NCBI RefSeq assembly: GCF_947568905.1
Contig: NC_079167.1
Location: forward strand, 32,488,001 to 32,552,000
Direction: 5' to 3'
Length of the DNA stretch: 64,000 nucleotides
Source: Ostrea edulis
Taxonomy: Eukaryota
Shown here piece by piece: positions 1 to 13,721 of the stretch (the stretch's first letter is position 1; every line of letters starts with the position of its first letter). The position numbers and the translations under genes were made by a program. Below the pieces are notes generated by a model, which was given only the letters and a program-made list of their open reading frames with translations, was not told the DNA's origin and made no database searches.

Positions 1-245
1 TTAAAGTAGGTTCACCAAAACAGCGAATTCCATTATTATTCTAGTATCATTGAATTAATATTTATATAAAACCTTTTGATTCGCTCAAATGTCTCATATT
101 TACCGTCTTCTGCTTTTAAAAATTTCAGACAAGTGTTTGATTTGCTTAGATATTATCATTACGGTTTGATATGCTAAGTTAGTTAGAGTAGATTTTGATA
201 TACTTTTTAAACGTTGACAAGAGGTACATGTATTAGAGGGGCGTA

Positions 246-1490
246 GCGGTAACGATAACTCTGAGTAGAGATTGATGTTTCATAAAAATGGTTGGACTGT
301 TCTTTACATACTGATTCTGACTTCGGATTACTCCGTTTACTAGCTGCAGAACTGTAGCTCTCTGAAAAAATATTTTGACATAACAGAGAGCTACAGAGCC
401 ACCCCTTATAAAAACCTTCGATTTACGGCGCACAAAAAGCTGCACACGGTTGAGGCCTTATATCGTTGTATTCTTGAGTTACTGTCTCATAAATTTAATA
501 TCAAAAAATTCTTAACATATTTTCCTACTATACTTGTGTCTAAACATACCTTCAAATATTCATTAAAGCCCCACACGACCTGAAAACTCCCAGCTTCAAA
601 TGATTTCGTTTGTTGACGTAGCCATGTTAGGTAGCCGGGTCAGTTCGTACCCTGTTGTTGTTGGTATATATTCATAAAATTCGTTATATGGTATGTATTC
701 GCTTTTCATTTATTATCAATACGAATAATTTATAGAAATTAAAAAAATAAAGTTTTTCTAAAGGTAAAATAAGCTCTTGATTCATGAAAATGCTACTAAA
801 GTCCTTAACACTCGTGTAGCCGGGACGGAGACCGGACCAGACTAATTAAAGCCGCATTGCCGTGAGTTTAGCTATTTGAATAATTATTATTTAAAGGCAC
901 TGGGATGATATATTATTTAAAATATTTAGCTAAAATACTTGTGGGGATATTAGTTCACATCTAGACGTTATTGTGCAAGTATGGAAATTAACCAGGATTC
1001 GAATTGACCGGCTACCTAACATGGCTACGTCAACAAACGAAATCATTTGAAGCTGGGAGTTTTCAGGTCGTGTGGGGCTTTAATGAATATTTGAAGGTAT
1101 GTTTAGACACAAGTATAGTAGGAAAATATGTTAAGAATTTTTTGATATTAAATTTATGAGACAGTAACTCAAGAATACAACGATATAAGGCCTCAACCGT
1201 GCGCAGCTTTTTGTGCGCCGTAAATCGAAGGTTTTTATAAGGGGTGGCTCTGTAGCTCTCTGTTATGTCAAAATATTTTTTCAGAGAGCTACAGTTCTGC
1301 AGCTATCCGTTTACCTAAACAAAATATATTGTTCATTGCGGGTGTGGCCCGTCAACAGGGGATGCTTACTTCTCCTATGCACCTGATCCTACCTCTAGTG
1401 TGTCCAGGAGTCCGTGTTTGTCTTTCTTTTAATTGTGTGTTTTTATAGGATTTATAAGATTGGTGATTTTTCGTTATCTTCACTTGTTCA
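246..1490 (+). repeat. Dispersed bivalve repeat (probable retroelement 3' end) interrupted by the foldback element
   Basis: 246-340 and 1306-1490 join into ...GGATTACTCCGTTTAC...CAGGGGATGCTTACT(T/C)CTCCTA...GCACCTGATC...CGTTATCTTCAC. A second copy lies at ~46890-47515. Confidence 0.6.
341..1305. mobile_element. 965-bp non-autonomous foldback/MULE-like DNA transposon
   Basis: Terminal inverted repeats of ~298 bp (341-638 vs 1008-1305, TAGCTGCAGAACTGTAGCTC...) are near perfect. An exact 9-bp direct repeat TCCGTTTAC flanks it (332-340, 1306-1314). Long TIRs with a 9-bp TSD are typical of the Mutator superfamily. Confidence 0.85.
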
Positions 1491-2301
1491 TATATGACAA
1501 AACAGGGAAAGGTAAAGGAAGTTACAAAATGTTGATACGATATGCCAATTTATTTGCCTTATCAGATGCAGACTTGGGCCAAACTCGGCACAGAATTCAA
1601 ACTGGGGATGCATGTCTCACCAAGCAATAACCACGATGTCTGCCCGTCTGCATACAATTGCAGGTTTATGATATGTTGCAAAGAGATGCCATAAAAGGAA
1701 CTGTATTTAATGGTCCTCACCTGCTGTAAAGAAGGATTTACGCGCGGACGGTCGAAAGGTTAACGAACTGGATTATTTGTTGGCTGTTGTGGCTACTGTA
1801 GAAGACTATAAATGATGACCGAACAGCCACAAAGAAAACTGCCGCGTTTAGATTGGGCGGCCTCCCAAAGTGCTTCCGACAGACTACGGAAAAAAGTGTC
1901 AGCAGCTTCGGTACTAACTTTTCCTATAGTTGTATCGTTAAGGTCCTGTATAATTAAAGTAATGATAAAATATTAAGGAGAAGAACTGGTTAAGATCATT
2001 TTCCATTGTAAGATCTTTTTCCAATGCCTTTTGGTCATTTTGCCTTCAAGCATGTACACTAAATGGACTAACTTTGATTCATTCATTTACAATTAATATA
2101 TAAAAGCTAACCGCAATGATTCATACTAATTTCAGAGACGCGCACCTGCGGGGGGGTAAGTCTAATAACAATTTGTACTGATGAGTGACACGACCAGAAC
2201 AATCTGAAATGACAGATATTGTAGTCTTTATGTAACAAGCGCAATAACTCTGCTTTCCCCTCCGATCCCCCCTCCAAAGATGTGTAACAAGCGCAATAAC
2301 T

Positions 2302-2340
<39 letters not shown>

Positions 2341-2640
2341 ATTCAAACACATTGTTGTCAGGTTCATATTGTGATGAATTCCTGTTAGACTTAATTTGAC
2401 TTATATGTATATTAGTTGATTCGAATAGGCGACTGCAAAGCTTTAAGACATATAGACATATACATGTATGTCACAAATGACCAAGATTTGTTTATATACC
2501 ACAATACAGATTATTTCCTTACAGACGGTTGCCGAGTCATAAAGTGCACAGGTCAGAGTGAATCACTTGCAATAACCAAAACACAGTCTTTAAGTTGTCA
2601 CTGAAGCTGAAAATATAATTTCCGAGGCATTTTAAACAAA

Positions 2641-3162
2641 AAACCAAGAGGCCCACAGGCCTTAGCGGTCATCTGAGTACTATAGTTAAAAGTATAACTA
2701 GTCCCAAGGGCTGAAAATCTAGAAAAAAATTCCTGTTCTTAAAATATCTAAGTTCAATTCTAATGTTCAGTAAAAGTATAAAACAAGATGTGTTAGCAGT
2801 TCTTGTCCCACCCCTAAGGCACTAGGGGTGCAGGGTCCTGAAATTTACAATTTATGTCCTCCTTGTCCAAAAGATGCTTCATACCAAATTTGAAAGGAAT
2901 TGGAATGGTATTTGTCACGAAATTAAAACAGTTCTATTTTTCACAAATTTAATAACTGACCATTTTGGCCCCACCCTGATACCAAAATCCCTAACCCTTG
3001 GATCATCAAAATTACAATTTTGGTAAAGGACTTATTGATCTTTCTAAATATCCATTTAGTTTCAATTTAGTGTCAATAGCACTTAAAGAAGACGTTATTT
3101 AAGGGTTTTACACATTAACACTATATACCAAGTTTGGCCCCACCCAGGGGTAAAAACCCCTA

Positions 3163-3196
<34 letters not shown>

Positions 3197-3944
3197 AACC
3201 TTCCTGCTCTACATCATTATGCATTTAGTTTTTGTTACACATGTGCGGTTGTAAAGATTTTTTAATATTGGTCAATTTTGGGCAGTTTTTGCCCTGCCCC
3301 TAAAAACCCCAAGGGTGCACGAGTCCTGGAATTTTCAATTTATGTCCTCCTTGTCCCAAAGATGCTTCATACCAAATTTCAAAGGAATAAGAATGGTAGT
3401 TGTCAAGAAGTTAAAAATTTCTATTGTTCACACATTTAATAACTGACTATTTTGGTCCCACCCCGATACCAAAACCCCTACCCCTGGGATCATCAAATTT
3501 ACAATTTTGGTAAAAGATTACCTGCTCTTTCTAAATATCCATTTAGTTTCAATTTAGTATCAATAGCACTACAGAAGACGTTATTTAAGCGTTTTACACA
3601 TTAACACTATATACCAAGTTTGACCCCAACCTCTACCCCGGGGATCATGAAATTTACAATTTTGGTAGAGGTCTTCCTGTTCTACATCACTATGCATTTA
3701 CTTTTTGGTACTCACATGCGGTTGTAGAGAAAAAGATTTGGGCAGTTTTTGCCCCGTCCCCAAGGCCACAGGAATTCTGAAATTTACAATTATGTTCCCC
3801 TTGTCCAAAAGATGATTCATACCAAATTTGACAAGAATTGGAATGGTAGTTATCAAGAAGTTAAAAATGTCCAACTGTTAACACACAATGCACGAGTGCA
3901 GTCCAATTGCAATAGGTCACCTGAGTTTACTCCTGTGACCTAAC
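2641..3944 (-). mobile_element. Helitron-like/pearl(CvA)-type non-autonomous element with internal tandem repeats
   Basis: One end is AAGAGGCCCACAGGCC and the other GGTCACCTGAG...GTGACC. Several internal units contain CCTTGTCCAAAAGATGCTTCATACCAAATTT. Inverted homologues occur at 13471-14579 and 16985-17340. Confidence 0.7.
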
Positions 3945-5373
3945 AATCACGATAAGCATGGATCTTGCCGGAAATTCAAGAGAATTTTATCCATGAATCA
4001 AAGACACGTTTTCTAAATTTTAATACAAACCACATTTAATTGTATTCAATTGTATTTATATGAATGTCAATGTTCGGTAAACCTTGATTGAGGGGCTCAG
4101 TAGAGCGATCCTGCAGGCCTTGAGAAGTCTATGTCACTTGTACTTTCAAAATGAAAGTTGTATATGTTAAGGAAATGAACCCCTGGAAATTCATCAAAAT
4201 TACTGATCTAAGCATGATGGTCCATCTCTGCACATATTCTGATTAAAATCATGAGAGTCGTGAAGAAGTACTTACAGAAAGGCAGGCATATGGAGTTTTA
4301 GGAATATAAGCAACAAAACCATTATGGACACACAAACACAGGCCCGCACACACACATACAAACACAGGCCCGCACACACACACACAGGTGCGCAACTGAT
4401 AAAGGAGACCACTCATTAGTACATGTACAGATATATGAAACCACTAACTTTACATAATGACAGTAGTACATTTCCCGTATTTTATTTACAGATACTGTTA
4501 GAACATCATTTCATACCTTTCTTATTATGCTTCATCATCTGATAAATCCTTTCTTTTATTCAATAATATTGATTGAAAGTAAAAAGTAATGTCATGAATC
4601 GAAAATATGGGAAATTGGGAATATAGGGATGTGTAAAAAGACAGTGGTGTGGGAAATTTAAAATATAAGGATGAGTAACAAGAAAAACCTTCAATTTTAG
4701 TGACAAAATGTGCAGGACTTGAACACACAGCCATTTGAGTGTGAAATCAAGAGAACAAAATGTGCAGGACTTGAACACACAGCCTATACATTGCACATTC
4801 ACTGAGCTAGCCAGAAAGGAATGAAATCCAAAAGGACAAAAAAATGTATTTTCTGATCTTATTCCCGATTCTGTTAGTACGATTTTCTGTTTACTACCTA
4901 GTATGATATAATCAGATTCCATTATTGGGATTGCAGCAATAGGCATTTCCTTCAACTTACTTCCTTATAACTGAATGCTGTAAACTGTAAGCTTGCTCCA
5001 ACACCTCATTTTGACTTATATGAAATCAACAAGTACTGCCCTAGTATACAACTATAATCTAAAAACTTGATCTTAGGAGGGGAACATTGCCTTTATTGCA
5101 TACTGTTCTTAATTTGACTCCACAGAGACTAAAAATCCCATCTTCAGTCTCAACACACATACAACAGTGAAAATAAACCAATATTCCTTTTATCATCAAG
5201 TTTTTATCATACAGCAGTAGCTCTACTTCTGGTTTCCACATACATTTTTCACATGTTCAACAAATACATTTCATATTGTGTTATCACAGATTTTAATTGT
5301 CAATAGCACTGTGTCACACTCCTAAAACATACCACAAACATAGAATGAATGAATACAAACATATCTAACACAA

Positions 5374-8300
5374 TCATTCAGGAATGATTTTCACCAAAGT
5401 ATCTTGGGAGTTTTTTGCTGTCTTTTTCTGATCAGGTTTGTTCACAATCAAAAGCAGAATAAGTAATGGTATATGTAACAAACTAAAACGGAACAACTTC
5501 CTAGATGAATGGCTGTCTCCCTGCTGATAAAACTTCCAACCTAGATATGTAAAGTAGAGGTTGAGAGGTAGAGACATTACGGGAAATAGAGGGGTGGTCA
5601 GGTCTACCACCGGAGCCAGGAAACAGAGTCCTGTGATTCCTACAGTGTGGCGAAGAGCAACGCGTTTGCAAAGGTTTGGATCCACCACTGACATCATCCT
5701 GTACCCTGCCCTAGAGTAGTCGGGTCTCAGATTCCAACTTAGAGCATTAAAATGGGGAAACTGCCAGCAAAACATGATGGCTGCCATAATCCAAGCACCT
5801 ACAAAACAATGATCATTATATCAAATCATGCTCTTTTAAAACCTTTTATTATTTGTATATAATTTATCTTAAAGTAATATTAGCTGTCATTTTGGTGTTA
5901 AAAAATTTTTGGTGGCAAAATTGTGATTTGCTATTTCATTATTGACAGAAAAAAATAAGGTTTGTAAACTTTTGTTAACAATATTTTTGTTAGAAAACCT
6001 ATCTAGAGGCTTTGAATGAAGTAAAATTACATTATTGTCTTCCCGTACAAAAATTGATTTCTATATAATGCTATATATTCAATAGAACCAAAATCTTTAT
6101 TTTGATAAAATCTTAAACTTGGTTTCAATTTCATCGATGATATGGTTCAAGTTATATACAAAACTATCATAATAGCACATTTTTACAACAATTTAAATAA
6201 AATTTTCAGATTTAGAGCTAATATAACTTTAAAAGTTTATTTTCCAATCAAAGAAATACATATGATAGCTTCCGTAGTCCATTATCATCAAATACAGGAA
6301 AGAACTCAAAGGAACATCCTCAAGTTTGTATTATTAACACTACCTAACATAAGTGTCCTAACAACCAATACCCCCGCAGGACACATTGGATGGTGGGAGT
6401 GAATTTGTGTACATCAAAGAATAAAGGACTTAAACAATGACAAAATAACATCCTCCTCAAAATGGAAAAAATATCCATAACTTCCTTGAATGTTAAAAAA
6501 TCTCAATCAAACTTGCAGGAGCACAACTTCCTTATTCTTATAAGATATACACAAAATTTGAATGTGTCCATCGGTGTTCAAGATTTACTCTGGACAAGTT
6601 AGGTCTATGGATGGACAAGTTGATTCCAGTATATCATTTACGGGGGTTATAATGACTGCAACAGTAATGCTAAGACTGACCTGGTTCTAGTGTGCCAGTG
6701 CATGCTGCCCATCCCATCAGAGGAGGTACAGCCCCTACCACCGAGCCCACCCACGTATTGACGATGCTGAATCTCTTCATGGGCGTATACACGAGGGTGT
6801 AGAGGCCGAGGTTAAATGCCCCTATAGCTGCCGTGAGGGGGTTAGCTCCTAGGGCTAGGATGACTAATCCCACACTGCCAGACACTGCCGCAAATGTTAC
6901 TGCATGCAATGGGCTGTAATATCCAAACAATACAAGTCTACTGAGAATATCTTGTTGCTGAAAAACATTTCTAAAAATACTAAACATCATCATTTTAGTA
7001 GCATCATTACTAAATAGTGTTGTCATAAAAAGAATTAAAATCAACTGTTTTGAAATGGTGGTATTCCTTAGTTTTATATATGAACATTTATATAATACCG
7101 GTACTATATCATATTGTAATTCAAGAGGCAGAAAAAAGTCACTATCGCACATAGTCCTTTGCAAAAATAATTTATATATGGCCATAGGCTATACAGCTGA
7201 TCAGTTGTTTGATCTCGAAAGAACGCAAGAATTAATAGAAGAATTAAAAGTAAATTCCTTGTACCTTAAATATCCTCTCACAAGAACTCTGTTTTTGGTC
7301 CTGTTCATCTGAGAATCAAATGGCACCTCAAAAAACTGAAAGGAGAAGATTTAAAAAAAAAAAATACTGTCAAAGATATTTTTAAAATTGTCTTTATCAC
7401 TAGGAAATAAATAATTAAATTAATTAAACATGTGTACTAAAACAAGATAAACATGGTATAGCTATAGATTTGGGTTCCTTTGTATCCCACATTCCAATGG
7501 TTTATGTACACAGCATGCCATCTCATGGGCTATACAAAAATACATGAGGCCCACAAATCTTATCGGTCACCGAGTATTATGTAAAAGTATCACTAGTCCC
7601 AAGGGCTACGAAATCTAGAACAAATTTCCTGTTCTGAATATCTAAGCTAAATTCTAATATTCTGCTAAAGAATCAAACAAGATGTGTTCTTAAATTACCA
7701 CTATTGTTAGTAATAAGGAATTGAACTTTACCTGATTAATAGCATTTGCTGAAGCAGATGTTAGACCAGTTCCTATGGTAACCATTGTAAAACCAATGGG
7801 ATCAAATGCAGCTGGTGCCATGGCATATCCTGCCATCGCCGTCAGCACAACTAAACCTGCACAAGAGATGAATAAATGCCATGTAGTTTGCTTGTTTAAA
7901 CAGCATTCCTAAAGTTCTTTAGAATTTCTTCTCCTCCAAATAATTTTACAAAATTGATTCATGGCTGTTTGGTTAGGCGACATAACTTATATATGTAAGT
8001 CAGTGAGATTAAGCATGGTTCGCATACATTAATATGCCAATCCAATTACCAAATCCAAGCTGCATCTCATAATTCAAAAGACTTCTTACCTGTTAACCTG
8101 ATTTTTGATAATCTGAAGTAGTACTGCACGAGTTTATTGTTGTCTGTTTTCATCTCCTGCCATATACACTCAGTGATGGACTCTGGATTATGGGCTGGAC
8201 TACGGTCCCTCCTGTCTTTTTCTAACATGGCTTTGAGTTTTGCAAAGTCTTCAGGACCAATATCAACAGTCAAAGTGTCCTCCGATTTTGGAAAAGAAAC

Positions 8301-8573
8301 AGTAAATCTGTCACTGATTTTATCTAACATTACAAGTGTTTGTGATTTCTTTATGAAAAAAGTCACAGGCACAGGCCTGTATTTCCCTTTTGGAAATTTC
8401 TCTTTGCCTTCATAACTGATTCCCGGCGTTTGGTGGGAAATGTTCAATTCCTGATCTGCCTCCGTGGAAGCAGATTTTAAGTTTGATTCTGAGGAGATGC
8501 ATCTTCCTTTCGTAATCCATCTATGCTTCACTAAAAGACTTTTCTGTAAAATATGAAGATTAAATGTTTCCAT
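5374..8573 (-). CDS. COX10: Protoheme IX farnesyltransferase (heme O synthase), 5 coding exons, 445 aa
   Basis: Exons 8573-8090, 7856-7732, 7335-7265, 6913-6681, 5798-5374. All introns are GT-AG, phases agree, total 1338 nt. Motifs include [71 protein letters not shown] and [11 protein letters not shown]. Confidence 0.97.
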
Positions 8574-9299
8574 AAACTGTTTTAACTACACAATTTTGCA
8601 GTCTATAAGATTTGAAGAATAAGTGAATAACCCTTTGGCTGAAGCGCTTATTTCAATCAAAGACAGTTATCAAATTAATTCCCTTATTTGACAATACCGA
8701 GAAAAGAAGACCTGTCCCCAGAGCAAGGCTCTAAAGGTAATAAGTATGTGAAAGGAAAAAGACCAGATCGGCAAAAGAAGAGATAATATTGTCTACATAC
8801 ATTCACTGAAAATTGTGTGAGCGGAATGGGTGCTTCCATTTTGTTCAACTATTGGTATCCTCGGATATAATTTAATTTGCAGGAAGTCACACAAGAATTT
8901 TCGAGTAATTGATTCACTAGTTGCTTCAACAGTTATTCGAGTTTTAAATTTGATAACTCAGTTTGTTTAACATGAACTGTATTGTTTCTAGCAAAATCAT
9001 CATATAAAAAATAATAACACAATTTAATAAAATAATTGAACGATTTCATGAATTTCTATTTTAACAAAAATATTAATACAGTTGAATGTATATATACTTA
9101 CTTTTATACCTATTTAAAGTTGTTGGTTATTTTTGTTTTTATACTAGTATTTTCTGCTGCCTTTTTATTGCAAATGGGATACAATTATAAAATATATAAC
9201 CAAATGTTTATTCGGTATAATATAGATACAAACAAATATACATACACTGTAAATAAAATAGTAAGGGTAACCCATGAAAGTTCGAAATCTTATTTCAAA

Positions 9300-10010
9300 T
9301 GGGGTCCTTTGATGCACAGGTCTTAGTGCTAGGGGTCTTTATGTGGGAGGAAACTTGAGTACCCGGAGGAAACCTGTCAGAATATCCAGAGGAAACCCCT
9401 CTATACAAAAGAGTTGACAACTAAGCAAAGTTTTAAAAAAGCTGTAAAGTACTTATTAGCCAGCTAGGCAAGGGGTATAACCAGATAACAAGTCCAATTT
9501 TGTTTAATACTTTTTTTTTTTTAAAACTTTAGTATTCTATTATACAATATGGCTGAAGCTTGTCATTTTTCAATGCGTTATGCAACTATTAATCAAAACC
9601 TGCCAAAATTCCAATTGTTAGTCATGTAATTTTTATTCTTTTTTGTCTGTTGATCAGATCTATTATATAGATACAAGGACCCCATTGGAAATAAGCTAAT
9701 TTCAGCTTTTATGAGTTACTAGTATCCTTAAGTTATCATATCATCATTTGTCATGTTATTCATAAAGTTAATTATTCTTTGTTATAACTGCATAGTGCTA
9801 TAGATTTTGCCAGGTTTCAATTTGTTATTTTAAATTCATGATCATGAAATTCTGTGATATTTTATACCTGAATAAAATGAAATGAAATAACCTAGAGGAA
9901 ACCCAAGAGTCCAAGCAGACAACCGCCTAACCCTCTCACGTACAACACTGTTGCTCACAGCGATTAAACTCGGGTCATAGTAGTGAAAAGTGAGAGCGCT
10001 ACCAGGACAC
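9300..10010 (-). mobile_element. Fragmented SINE-like element
   Basis: GGAGGAAACTTGAGTACCCGGAGGAAACC (~9347-9375) resembles the reverse complement of a widespread SINE central domain. A tRNA-head-like piece lies at ~9900-10005. The two pieces are separated by unrelated sequence. Confidence 0.4.
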
Positions 10011-11711
10011 CCACAATCTAATTAAAATTAGACTTCTTAGATTTGCACCGTATACTCTGCACAGATGCTCGAAAAGCTCAGTGACGATTGTGTACATTGT
10101 CGACCTTTACAAATAAAACTACTGACTTCTGTGCCAATAGTTATCTTCATATACTCTCCCTTAATATTTGAATGTTACTGGGCGTTCAGCGATTTTATCA
10201 ATAATAGAGGGCGAAACCCTCTCACGGCCGTGAGAGCAGAGCTCTCCCTATAGGTAACACATATATACATGTTTAAATGGAAAATATAGAAAACTAATGA
10301 AAAATTAAACCATACCTATGGAACTTGAAAATTTTGGTCCCAATGGCATCGATTCGAATATTAGCGCGTGGACATGTATTTCTCCATTTTGAATCTCGTC
10401 TACCCTAGTTCACGTCATTCTGAGATGTTACATAAAATCCGTAAAAGCATGTAAATCTTATCTTTTAATCATATATAATCACTCCTCGATTATCGCCATC
10501 TTGTGCCATGGCTCCTATTTTTGTAAATTTGCTAAATACCGACGTTGAATATGACGTCACAATGCACTGTTTACATCAATTGCGTTATATTTCCCACGTT
10601 CAACATATAGGTGGATCAAATGTCCAAAATTAGGATGCTTTGATAAAGCTCTGTCCTCGTGCTAACTTCGGGTTGTGTTTTGTCCTGTTTTGGATATAGA
10701 TACTAATGCCAATACTTTTTGCTTTGCCCTCAAACACGGTCACGCCGTAAGACATATTACATATATTCATGTGAGAGGATATTTGAATTTTCTAATTAAC
10801 CGCACTTTACCGATTTAAGACTATCACTTGGGACCACAGGCACCTCAAGTATAGATATTACTACCCCCCCCCCTTTTTTTTGTGGCAATAATTTCTCTGA
10901 AATGTGTGAATTCCCTGTTATCTCATCCCTCTTTCGATTTATGTAATCGTTTCAAGCTTTATAGATTGGCCTTCTACCGGTATAATAAAATACAATAATA
11001 AAAAAAAAATATCAAAAAAAAGGGGTAGTAATATCCATACTTCAGATGCCTGTGCTTGGGATAGGACACACTAAATCGCTAATGACCATTTCATGCTTCG
11101 CTCAGTCCAAACGTCACACCATTATACATATTAAAAAGAATAAATCTGACAAATCAAGTGCCTGTGAAAATATAATGAAATAGATTTTATAACATTTCAT
11201 TTATGAAACAAGCGACTGTATAATAACTCCTATATCGTCGTTATGACAAAAGTCTAACGATTCTTAAAAGAGTGATATTTTTCTCACCAAGTTATCATGT
11301 TTAACCTTCTGCCATGCACAAATACGACTACATTGTCTGTACATGGTTAGAAATTTACATTTTCGGCACAACAATTAAAAACATGATTGTCCATGGTCTT
11401 TGACATTGATCAATGTCATTATAAAACAAGGCAACACAATGTAGGAAGACACGTGCTGTAAACGCTTTAAAGATTACGAAGAAAAGTTTTGATAATTTGT
11501 ACAAGATTTTACATTATATAATAGTTTATATTTAGTATTTGTTATATTGCGCCCTTGTAGATTTCTGCATGATTTTTAAAATGAAAGCAAACTCATGATT
11601 TGTATTTATCTAGGAATCAACTCTGAAGATTTCTCTCTCACCCTCTCGCCATCTCTCTTTCATGTACAACTTGCTAAAAAAATATTACTTTCAATTTCGC
11701 TTTGCCTTGCC

Positions 11712-13471
11712 ATGAAGAAGAGTGTTGCCGTTGTTGAGAAAAGGATCTGTTATCTTTTTCAGGTGATCAAATGTTGAGAAATATGTGCTTAGCTTTTAAA
11801 TGTTTTTTAACCCATTAAAAAAAAACATTAGCAAAGTTAAATCAAGTCTCCACCTAAAGTCGAACCATGTGGCCGTGTGGGCACCTGAAAGAAATAAAAA
11901 TATAAAAATAACATGTCTTACGCAGTAACGGTGTGACCGTGTTTGAGGGCGAAGCAAAAACTCAGTGAAAAAGTAATGCTATTAGTATTTACTATAAAAG
12001 GAAAAAAAATTGAAGTTATCCGGACGTGTAGGGTGTAGGGACAGCAGTCAAATTTATAACATCTTGGTGCACAACTTCATGATTAGTGATATATATGATA
12101 ATGATGATTGAGAAAATATTGTTTACATACTTTTACAGATTTTATGTAACATCTCAGAACGATGTGAACTTTGGTAGACAAGATTTAAAATGGTGAAATA
12201 CATGTCTTTGTGCTTGCATGCTAATCTGCCATTTTGACCAAAAAATTAAAGTTCATTTGGTATGGTTTAATTTTTCATGAGTTTTCTATATTTTCTTTCT
12301 AAACAAGTATATGCATGCCACTTATAGGGACAGCTCTAGCGCGCTCTGTTCTCACTGCCTTTTTAGCCATGAGAAGGTGTCATCCTCTGTGATCGAATCC
12401 TCTTTAAAATCACCTTTGAAGTTGTTTTGATAAAGATGTCGACATATTTTGGTAATTAATAGATATGTTTCAAAATAAATATTATACTATGATTTTTTTT
12501 ATCTTGTAACATTGTGTCATGGTTATATTATGATCCTATGGGGCTAGGTTGGGGTCACAATATGGAATCACAACTCCTCATGGGAATAAAGATTGCAAAA
12601 ATAATCTTTTATGAAAATCACAATATCTGAACAACATGACCAAGGTGACTCATGTGAGTGATGTGGCCCATGAGCCTCTTGTTAACAAGGAACATTGACC
12701 ACAGACATATGACCTTAGATCAGATCAGCGTCATAACAGTAACCATCTGAGCATTAATAGGCAACCTTTACATTACAAAGTTACGACCAAGACAAAATAG
12801 TGGGACAGGCAGATGATTGTGGGTATAATTATATATACATGTATCCAAGCTTTGTTTACAGAGGGTGATGTACCTTTTATTCTAGTTCATTATTATTTTG
12901 TCAGCTTGCCCATCAGTGCATCACTGCAAAAGACATGAACAAGGAATTGTGCAGATACCATGTGAGAAGTTTGAAGAGGATAGCAATGAAAAATGTCATA
13001 AGACTGTAAGAAGCACTATTCATCACATCATATATTTATCATAACATGCATCATTTTACCTGTATTACTGCAAGCACCATATTGAAAGTTTTAATGAGTA
13101 ATATTTACCTAATTAAAAATTGTAACAGCACCGTACCTTAAGAAGTTTTTTATATTTTATCACTATGAAAATACAAACTATCATATTTCTTTTGACTTTC
13201 AATACAGGGTTCCTCCTCAGTCCTTCATACATAATTTCAAAACATTTGGGTACAACTCACAAATTATTGTTAGTCAGATATATGCAAGGTTTACCAGTAA
13301 TTCTTTCACAAGTAATTAGACACCTTAAAGTAATTTTTTTGACAGACATACTGATATAAAGAGGAAGATTTGTAAGAAATGTGATATGCTGTTGCATGCT
13401 GGGATAACTGCCAAAGTTCGACTCTCCAGTAAGTATACCTCACTGATCCTGAAGCTGATTATGTTGAAATA

Positions 13472-13508
<37 letters not shown>

Positions 13509-13689
13509 TGGTCTGTGTCCGTTGTTGCGAGTTGTGCGTCGTCTGTTAACAACTTCTTCCCAGAAACTACTGGGTCAACCTAGACCAAATTAGGTATGTA
13601 GTATCTGTAGGTGAAGGAAAGCGGAAATTGTAAATTTCATGCCCTCACCCCCACCCTAAGGGGCCTTAAATTTGGGGCTGTAAAGCTTT

Positions 13690-13721
<32 letters not shown>

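Noticed and set aside
2107-2367. Gly-rich ORF
   Set aside because: It results from a ~35-nt C homopolymer at ~2305-2339.
10315-10420. Possible upstream coding exon of COX10 (AAAATGGAG...AG|GTATGG on the minus strand)
   Set aside because: The ATG frame stops after 8 codons and the segment is part of a repeat also present inverted at ~12126-12212. The ATG at 8573 already gives a full-length 445-aa protein.
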